Source of the DNA: Gemmatimonadota bacterium
GTDB lineage: Bacteria; Latescibacterota; UBA2968; UBA8231
Length of the DNA: 64,000 nt
Direction of reading: 5' to 3'
Assembly (NCBI GenBank): GCA_038153405.1
Contig: JAYOYH010000005.1
Coordinates: forward strand, 72,176 to 136,175
Part shown: positions 57,506 to 64,000 of the stretch, piece by piece
How the letters are laid out: the number at the start of each line of letters is the position of its first letter
Position numbering within the stretch: position 1 is the first letter of the stretch
Notes under the pieces: model-generated
What the model was told of the DNA's origin: nothing
Database searches by the model: none
What the model saw: the letters and a program-made list of their open reading frames with translations, nothing else
Program-made: the position numbers and the translations under genes

Positions 57506-58795
57506 ATGACAACGCCGGAAAAGACGTTTGGCTTTATGCGCGGTAATATTCTCGTGCTCACCCTTTCGGGCGCCTTGGGCATGTTTTCGCGCAGCATGGT
57601 CTTTCCCTACGCGCCGCTGCTCATTCTATCGCTGGGCGGCCAGCCAGCCGAGATCGGCATTGTCTACGCCCTTGGACCGCTGGGCGGCCTGCTGGTCTAT
57701 CCCATCGCCGGCTATTTGGCCGACCACGTTAACCGCGCCAAACTCATCGCCTTTACCGGCTACTTTGCCAGCCTGACCATTCTCATCAACGTCGTTGCCC
57801 CCAGCTGGCAGTGGCTGGCCGTTGCGCGCCTGCTCCAGGGCTTTGCCGTGGTGCAGCACCCCGCCTCGTCGGCCCTCATTGCCGATTCGCTCTCGCCGCA
57901 GAGCCGCGGGCGCGGCATGGCCACGATGATGTCGCTATCGGGTGCGCTGGCTATCCTCGCTCCCTACGCTGCCGGCCTCGTGCTCGACGCCCTCGGCATC
58001 GACTTTGGCATGCGCGTGCTCTACGCTGGCATGGCGCTGGCCTACGCCATCGGAGCAACCATCAACCTGCTCTGTATCAAAGAGACGACGCAGCCTCAGC
58101 GCACGCCATTGGAAGTATCTCGCCTCGCTTCAACGCTGCGCGAAACCTACGCAGGATTGCCGGGCTTTCTCGGGCATTTTCCCCGCGCGCTCAAGGCGAT
58201 GACGGCCATTATCATCGTCGGCTTTATGGCCAATGCCGTGGCCGGTCCCTTTTGGGTCGTCTATGCGCAGGACCACATTGGCCTGACTGCAACGCAGTGG
58301 GGCACCGTGCTGCTCATAGAGGCGGCACTGGGCCATATCGTGCGCATTCCAGCCGGTTTTCTGACCGACCGCTACGGCCGCACGCGCTTTATCCTCGCGT
58401 CGCTGCTGGTGTCCACGGCCGCCATTCCGCTCTTTGCCATTGCACAAACTTTCGCACACGTACTAGCCATTCGCTGCGTCGTCGCGTTGACGATGGCCTC
58501 GTTCGGCCCGGCCTGCGGCGCCCTGCTGGCCGACATTATTCCCAGGCCAATGCGCGGACGCGTCATGGCCGCTATCGGACGCGGCAGCGTGCGCATCGGC
58601 GCGGCTACCGGCGGCAATGGAGGACCGGGCGTCGGCTTTCTGACGATTGTGCCGATGGCGCTGGGCTCGCTGGCCGGCGGCCTGCTCTATGCGTGGGATC
58701 CCGTGCTGCCGTGGGCTATCTTGCTGGCTTCTACCGCGCTGGCATTCGCGCTAGCCGCCCTCTTCGTGCGAGACGCTCAGCGCGCCGAAGAATAA
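57506..58795 (+). CDS. MFS transporter
   Basis: About 12 TM segments; GYLADHVNR and GFLTDRYGR motifs. Confidence 0.92.
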   Translation: MTTPEKTFGFMRGNILVLTLSGALGMFSRSMVFPYAPLLILSLGGQPAEIGIVYALGPLGGLLVYPIAGYLADHVNRAKLIAFTGYFASLTILINVVAPSWQWLAVARLLQGFAVVQHPASSALIADSLSPQSRGRGMATMMSLSGALAILAPYAAGLVLDALGIDFGMRVLYAGMALAYAIGATINLLCIKETTQPQRTPLEVSRLASTLRETYAGLPGFLGHFPRALKAMTAIIIVGFMANAVAGPFWVVYAQDHIGLTATQWGTVLLIEAALGHIVRIPAGFLTDRYGRTRFILASLLVSTAAIPLFAIAQTFAHVLAIRCVVALTMASFGPACGALLADIIPRPMRGRVMAAIGRGSVRIGAATGGNGGPGVGFLTIVPMALGSLAGGLLYAWDPVLPWAILLASTALAFALAALFVRDAQRAEE

Positions 58796-58797
58796 CC

Positions 58798-59730
58798 TCA
58801 ACCGCCCTTGTAGTGCTCGATCTTCCCCCCATCGGCCAGCGGTAGACAGCGCGCGCGCAGCGCTTCCATCTCCGCCGCATCCATCGGCACAAAGTCGCGT
58901 GCCAGCGCCATATTGGCCCGCAGCGTTTCCATGCGATCCATGCCTACGCACACCGTAGATACCGGCAGCGATAGCGCGTAGCGCAGCAGTTCGGCGGCCC
59001 GCAGTGCCCCCGAGCGCAGAAATACGCCGTCATCGCCACCCATCGTCTTCATCGCAATCGAACCCATTTTCCGCTCGTTGAGCACCGGCAGCACGCGCTG
59101 GGCAAAACTCTCATAGTGATGGTCAAACGGGCTGAGCGGCATCTGCACGGCGTCCCAGGCAAAATCGCCGGCCAGCATCTCCAGGTGGCGATCGGGGCGG
59201 TAGTGTCCCGTAAAGCCGATAAAGCGCACCTTGCCCTGCGCCCGCGCCTGCCGCGCAATCTCTAACGCGCCGCTTTCGTAGATCGAATTGACGTCGGCCG
59301 GCGTGCGAATTGAGTGGAACTGCCACAGATCGATGCAGTCGGTCCTCAGTCGGCGCAGACTGTCCTCTAGCTGGCCCAGCGCGGTGGCCGGATCACGGCC
59401 CAAGTGCTTGGTCATCAGCAGCACGCGCTGACGGCGCGCCCCCTGCAGCGCCTTGCCCATGAGCTCTTCGCTGCGCCCGTTGTTATACTCCCAGGCGTTG
59501 TCAAAGAAATTGATCCCGCCGTCGATAGCCGCGTGCATCAGGCGCAGCGACTCGGCCTCACTCAGGTGAGCCTGTCCAATGTGATAGCCGCCCAGGCACA
59601 GCAGCGATACGCGCTCGCCGGTCTGGCCCAGCGGTCGGGTGGGCAGTCCGGTGGACTGGGCCTGCGCTACGCCCAACCCCAGTCCCACTCCGGCACCGGT
59701 AGAGAGACGGATAAAGGTTCTTCGCTGCAT
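58798..59730 (-). CDS. Aldo/keto reductase with twin-arginine-like signal
   Basis: MQRRTFIRL..AQA; RPLGQTGERVSLLCLGG, FFDNAWEYNNGRSE, SLRRLRTDCIDLWQFH. Confidence 0.9.
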   Translation of the reverse strand: MQRRTFIRLSTGAGVGLGLGVAQAQSTGLPTRPLGQTGERVSLLCLGGYHIGQAHLSEAESLRLMHAAIDGGINFFDNAWEYNNGRSEELMGKALQGARRQRVLLMTKHLGRDPATALGQLEDSLRRLRTDCIDLWQFHSIRTPADVNSIYESGALEIARQARAQGKVRFIGFTGHYRPDRHLEMLAGDFAWDAVQMPLSPFDHHYESFAQRVLPVLNERKMGSIAMKTMGGDDGVFLRSGALRAAELLRYALSLPVSTVCVGMDRMETLRANMALARDFVPMDAAEMEALRARCLPLADGGKIEHYKGG

Positions 59731-59888
59731 TGCATTCACTCCTATAGGCTCGCGTTGTATTTGATACCCACGTTATAATATCCTAACAGAGTAGCGACAC
59801 CACCCCCTGCCCTTTGTACCGGGCGGCTCAATGCCTATCTTCTCTGCACGGCATCTGTGCCACTCCATATCAGCGACATACCGCCATT

Positions 59889-61481
59889 ATGAGCGACACG
59901 ACATCACCGGCCACCACATTAGAGCGCCTGCGCGCTGCCCTTGCCGAACTGCCGCGCGTCGAGCGCGAGTGGGTTGCCCCCCTCGACCCAGCCTCCTACG
60001 GCAGCGCGCGCTTTCTCCTGCTGCGCGGCCTCGGGCTAATCTATGCAATGGCGTTCTATTCGCTGAGCGCGCAGCTCGACGGGCTCATTAGCTCCGAAGG
60101 CCTGCTGCCGGCCGACCTCTTTTTGCAAAAGGCGCGCCTCTACTTTGGCGAGAGCACCACCCCGTGGCTGCGCCTGCCGACGCTGTTTTGGATCGATGCC
60201 TCCGACGCCACCCTGCACCTAGCCTGCTACATCGGCCTAGGCCTGTCCCTCTCGCTGCTGCTGGGCTACGCCCATGCCCTGCAGCTCTTCGCACTATGGG
60301 CCATATATTTATCATTCAACGGCATTGGCCAAGTCTTTTACGGATTCGGCTGGGAGATCCTCCTGCTCGAAGCGGGCTTCTTGGGCATTTTCCTAGCGCC
60401 CTTTGGTCGCGGCCCGACGCCGCCTTCGACCGCCGTTATGTGGCTCTACCGCTGGCTGGTCTTTCGCGTCATTTTCGGCGCCGGCCTCATCAAGCTGCGC
60501 GGCGACGCCTGCTGGTGGGATCTGACCTGCATGGAGTTTCACTACCAGACCCAACCGCTGCCCCACCTGCTGAGCTGGTACTGGCATCAGCTGCCGCCCA
60601 TCCTGCATAAGTCCAGCGTGCTGGCCACGCACGTCGTCGAGTTGGTGGTGCCCTTTTTTCTCTTTGCCAGTCGCCGCCTGCGCCATCCAGCCGCCCTCGT
60701 GCAAATCGCCTTCCAGATCCTGCTCATCCTCAGCGGCAATTTGTCGTGGTTTAACTACCTGACCATCGTCCTGTGCATTGCCTGCTTTGACGACGCGTTT
60801 TTGCGCCGCTTTTTTCCACCCCCTCTGCAGCGCTACGCCGACGCCGGCTTGGACGCTGAGCGCAGCAGCGGCGCGCGCTTAGGCATCTATACGCTGTGCA
60901 TCGCCGTGTTCTATCTCAGCTCGCACCCCATCCAAAATATGGTCTCGCCCCAACAGGCGATGAACCGCTCATTTGATCCGCTGCATCTGGTCAATAGCTA
61001 TGGCGCCTTCGGCCACATCGGCAAAAAGCGCTACGAAATCGTATTACAGGGAACCGACGACGCGACGCTGGGCCCCGATGCGCAGTGGCGCGAGTACGAA
61101 TTCCCCGCTAAACCCGGACGCATCGATCAGCGCCCACCGTGGGTGGCACCCTACCACTACCGGCTCGACTGGCAGCTGTGGTTTGCCGCCATGTCCGAGT
61201 ATGACAAACAGCCGTGGTTTGTGCACTTGCTCTATAAGATGCTGCACCATCAGCCCAGCGCCCTTTCCCTGCTGGCGCACAACCCCTTTCCCGATGGTCC
61301 ACCCGCTCGTCTACGCGCCGATCTCTACGAGTACGAATTCACGAGAAGTCGCGGCGACAGCGGCGCCTGGTGGAAGCGCACGCGGCTGGGGACCTACCTA
61401 GGACCGCTGGCGGCCAACGATCCCAAGCTGATTGAGTTTGTGCGCCACTACGGTTGGCAAGTTATACTCCCGGCGAAGTGA
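59889..61481 (+). CDS. Lipase maturation factor (LMF1) family membrane protein
   Basis: GQVFYGFGWEILLLEAGF, GAGLIKLRGD.CW, HYQTQPLP, SGNLSWFNYLT, VNSYGAF, APYHYRLDWQLWFAAM. Confidence 0.92.
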   Translation: MSDTTSPATTLERLRAALAELPRVEREWVAPLDPASYGSARFLLLRGLGLIYAMAFYSLSAQLDGLISSEGLLPADLFLQKARLYFGESTTPWLRLPTLFWIDASDATLHLACYIGLGLSLSLLLGYAHALQLFALWAIYLSFNGIGQVFYGFGWEILLLEAGFLGIFLAPFGRGPTPPSTAVMWLYRWLVFRVIFGAGLIKLRGDACWWDLTCMEFHYQTQPLPHLLSWYWHQLPPILHKSSVLATHVVELVVPFFLFASRRLRHPAALVQIAFQILLILSGNLSWFNYLTIVLCIACFDDAFLRRFFPPPLQRYADAGLDAERSSGARLGIYTLCIAVFYLSSHPIQNMVSPQQAMNRSFDPLHLVNSYGAFGHIGKKRYEIVLQGTDDATLGPDAQWREYEFPAKPGRIDQRPPWVAPYHYRLDWQLWFAAMSEYDKQPWFVHLLYKMLHHQPSALSLLAHNPFPDGPPARLRADLYEYEFTRSRGDSGAWWKRTRLGTYLGPLAANDPKLIEFVRHYGWQVILPAK

Positions 61482-62622
61482 GGCTGCGCCCTCCGCGCAG
61501 CTGCCAAATAAAAATTCCCAACCCAATAGCCGCTAGCGCCCCGCTAATCTGGTACATCGGATCGTAGCCGTAATGCTCGGCTAGATAGCCAGCCAGCGCC
61601 GAGCCGAGCAAATTGCCCAGCACCTGAGCACTCATAAACATGGCCTGCGCCATGCCGCGGTTGCCCTCCGATGCCAAACGCGCGACATAGAGCACGCCGG
61701 CCACCTCAAAACCGGCCCAGGTGAAAAAGTGAAAGACCTGGGGCAGGAGCAGCCATTGGTAGCTATCGACCAACGACAGGGAGAGCGCGCGCAGCGGCTG
61801 GGCAATAAAGGCCAGCAAGAGCAGCAGGCGCGTGCCAAAGCGGTCGACGCCCCAGCCCGTCAGCGGTAGGGCAATCACGGCGACGATGCCCTGCACGGCG
61901 GCCAGTAGGCCAATAAACGAGTTATCGCCGCCTAAATCGCGCGCATACACCCAGGTGAAGGTGAAGATGGCGGGCACGGCCAGCGCAAAGAAAAACACCG
62001 CCAACAGAAAGCCGAGCAGTTCTCGATGGGCCAACGCCCGGCGCAGCGAGCCGCTATCGCGGCGTTCTGGGAGCTGCATGCGAATGAACAATACGGGGAT
62101 TACGGCGACAAAAAACGATGCGCTGGCGATGAGGAAGAGCGCCTGTATATCGCCAAACAAGCGCGGCATGAGCAAATTGCCAACGACATAGCCAAAAGAG
62201 CCGAAAATTCGGTAGGAGGCATAGCCCTTGCCGCGGCTGGCATCGCCCAGGGCCGAAACGGCCAGCAGGGGCATCTGCGTGGAGACCATCGGCAGGCAGA
62301 GACCGATCAGCACGGCGTAGACCACAAACTGCTCGACGACCTGACAGTATGCCAGGTAGATCAGCACCAAGCCGATGGAGATACTGCCAAAGAGCACAAT
62401 GCGATCGGGGCGTCCCGTGCGATCGGCCAGGCGCCCCCACAGCAGTCCGGAAAAAAACCACAGCGCAATGCTGGTCGAAGAAATAAGGCCGATCAGCGTT
62501 TCGCCGACCCCCTGTTCCTTCATCCACACGCTGCTGAATGACCACTGAATGCCAAAGCTAAACACCTGAAAAAAGCAGGCGGCCCGCAGCAGCCAGAGGT
62601 TGCGCACGGCTTTGGCACTCAT
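61462..62622 (-). CDS. MFS transporter (MFS_1-like / nucleoside symporter-like)
   Basis: About 12 TM segments; WGRLADRTGR, YASYRIFGSFGY, GWGVDRFG. Confidence 0.9.
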   Translation of the reverse strand: MSAKAVRNLWLLRAACFFQVFSFGIQWSFSSVWMKEQGVGETLIGLISSTSIALWFFSGLLWGRLADRTGRPDRIVLFGSISIGLVLIYLAYCQVVEQFVVYAVLIGLCLPMVSTQMPLLAVSALGDASRGKGYASYRIFGSFGYVVGNLLMPRLFGDIQALFLIASASFFVAVIPVLFIRMQLPERRDSGSLRRALAHRELLGFLLAVFFFALAVPAIFTFTWVYARDLGGDNSFIGLLAAVQGIVAVIALPLTGWGVDRFGTRLLLLLAFIAQPLRALSLSLVDSYQWLLLPQVFHFFTWAGFEVAGVLYVARLASEGNRGMAQAMFMSAQVLGNLLGSALAGYLAEHYGYDPMYQISGALAAIGLGIFIWQLRGGRSLTSPGV

Positions 62623-62632
62623 AGCGGCGCGC

Positions 62633-62674
62633 TCAGTTGGTTCGGTTGGTGCGCCCCAAATTCTTCTGCTCCAT
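62633..62674 (-). pseudogene. 13-codon ORF MEQKNLGRTNRTN, possible aldo/keto reductase remnant or leader peptide
   Basis: Preceded by AAGGAG; resembles AKR N-termini such as MKYRRFGRTN at 4515; stops 10 nt before the MFS ATG. Confidence 0.35.
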
Positions 62675-63026
62675 CCACTCCTTGATCACCCTCCCCGTTT
62701 GCGCTAGCAGCGCGCGGCAGTGCCTGTCGAACGCTCCGTCCTACAGGTCTTTTACCAAACGCCAGGCGCAAACGTTATAGCGACCGCACGCCTCGACAAT
62801 ATTGCGACTGGCATTGTGCACGGCAATGGTCATCCCCCGCGTGTGCCGTCCATGCCACGACCTGTGCCCGGCGCAGCGCCTCCTCGACCAGCAGGTGACC
62901 CGGCGCCTCTAAAGTACATGTGCCAGCGATGCGATATGGGTCTCCAGGTCGCTGTTAGCCCGCACAGTAGCCCCGCGCCGCCGCCCTCTCTTTCTGCTAT
63001 CTCTGGCCATATATCCGTCTTTCCGC

Positions 63027-63055
63027 TTGAACAAGCGCCGCAGGCGCGCTACTTT
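63027..63055 (+). promoter_or_regulatory. sigma70-like promoter TTGAAC-N17-TACTTT
   Basis: Hexamers at 63027-63032 and 63050-63055; SD AAGGAGG at 63065-63071. Confidence 0.55.
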
Positions 63056-63077
63056 TCTCGCCAAAAGGAGGTCTACC

Positions 63078-64000
63078 ATGGCGCGCGAAAACGCCGGTGA
63101 CGACATTATTGCCACGAGCAAGCGCTTTTTTGAAAGCGTGGTCCTGCCCCTGCTCGTACGCCACTTTCCCGAAGAGAGTCAGCAGGTATCCTGTGGCCTG
63201 TTCGGCTACGGCTCCGAGTGCCTGCGCATGGACGACGACCTCTCGCGCGATCACCACTGGGGCCTGCGCATCGACGCACTGCTGCCCGATGCGCTCTTTC
63301 GCGAGCGCGCGTCAGCCATCCGCGATAAAATAAGCGCCGAGTTGCCCAGCCAGTTTGAGGGCATTGAGCTGCGCCACGGCCACGTCGCCGGCGCCGGTCT
63401 CGCCCCGGAAAGTCTAGAGGCCTTTCTGCGCCGCACGCTGGGCATCGAACGCGCACCGCAGTCGCACGCCGAATGGCTCGACCTGCCCGAAGTCGACATC
63501 GTCCACGTCATCAACGGGGAAATCTGGTACGATCCATCCGGCGCGTTTAGCCAAGTCCGCAGCACGCTGCTGGCCTACTATCCAGATCCCGTTTGGCACC
63601 GCCGTATTTCACACTGGTGTCGCTACTACTCCGGCATGGGCCTCTACGCGCTCAACCGCGCCCTGCAGCGCGGCAATATGGCCTACGCACACACCGCCTT
63701 TGCCCGTTCCATCAAGTGGGCGCTGGAGCTGGGCTTCCTGCTCAATCGCCGCTACTTCCCCTACGACAAATGGCTCTACCCCTTTTTTAGGGAGCTGCCC
63801 GATTTGGCCGATTCAATGGTGCCTCTGATCGACGAAGCCACCGCTGACGGCACCTCTTGGCCGCGCCGCTTGGACATTCTCTGCGCGCTCTCCGACATCC
63901 TCGACGCCAAACTAGTCGCGCTCGGCGTGATTCCGCCCCACCCGCGCTTTGTCGGCAACGAGAGTTCGAGCTACCGCCTGTTAGAGCACGCCTATGGCGC
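63078..64000 (+). CDS. DUF4037-family (nucleotidyltransferase-like) protein, runs off the window edge
   Basis: Not in the ORF track. Manual translation gives MARENAGDDIIATSKRFFESVVLP...GLFGYGSECLRMDDDLSRDHHWGLR...NGEIWYDPSG...YYPD...LNRRYFPYDKW; strong SD. Confidence 0.85.
   Translation, partial: MARENAGDDIIATSKRFFESVVLPLLVRHFPEESQQVSCGLFGYGSECLRMDDDLSRDHHWGLRIDALLPDALFRERASAIRDKISAELPSQFEGIELRHGHVAGAGLAPESLEAFLRRTLGIERAPQSHAEWLDLPEVDIVHVINGEIWYDPSGAFSQVRSTLLAYYPDPVWHRRISHWCRYYSGMGLYALNRALQRGNMAYAHTAFARSIKWALELGFLLNRRYFPYDKWLYPFFRELPDLADSMVPLIDEATADGTSWPRRLDILCALSDILDAKLVALGVIPPHPRFVGNESSSYRLLEHAYG

Overview
GC-rich bacterial window, densely coding. I found no rRNA, tRNA, CRISPR array or mobile element. 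The gene families resemble Candidatus Latescibacterota or a related FCB-group lineage, which is an inference from DUF6785-like membrane proteins, FlgD-Ig-tailed secreted proteins, CRTAC1/ASPIC-UnbV proteins and TPR proteins. The main feature is a ~25 kb envelope locus (6169-31046). It holds six paralogous secreted proteins with variable discoidin-like modules and a shared C-terminal 'F(S/T)PNGDGxND...V.VAY' domain. It also holds a coupled pair of ~930-980 aa putative outer-membrane barrels, a monocistronic protein with a short 'TAVE..SWGQIK' tail, a His-motif membrane/TPR protein and a divergent PpiC lipoprotein chaperone. Downstream lie a TPR/CRTAC1 cluster and a 2122 aa fusion of a degenerate M28 domain, an FtsX/MacB-like permease and DUF6785/6784. 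A catabolic/transport block follows (PhyH, CehA/McbA, a Thr-motif sulfatase-like enzyme, MFS, AKR, LMF1, DUF4037). Family assignments come from motif recognition by eye, not database searches. Several starts were moved from the ORF track using SD and signal-peptide evidence.
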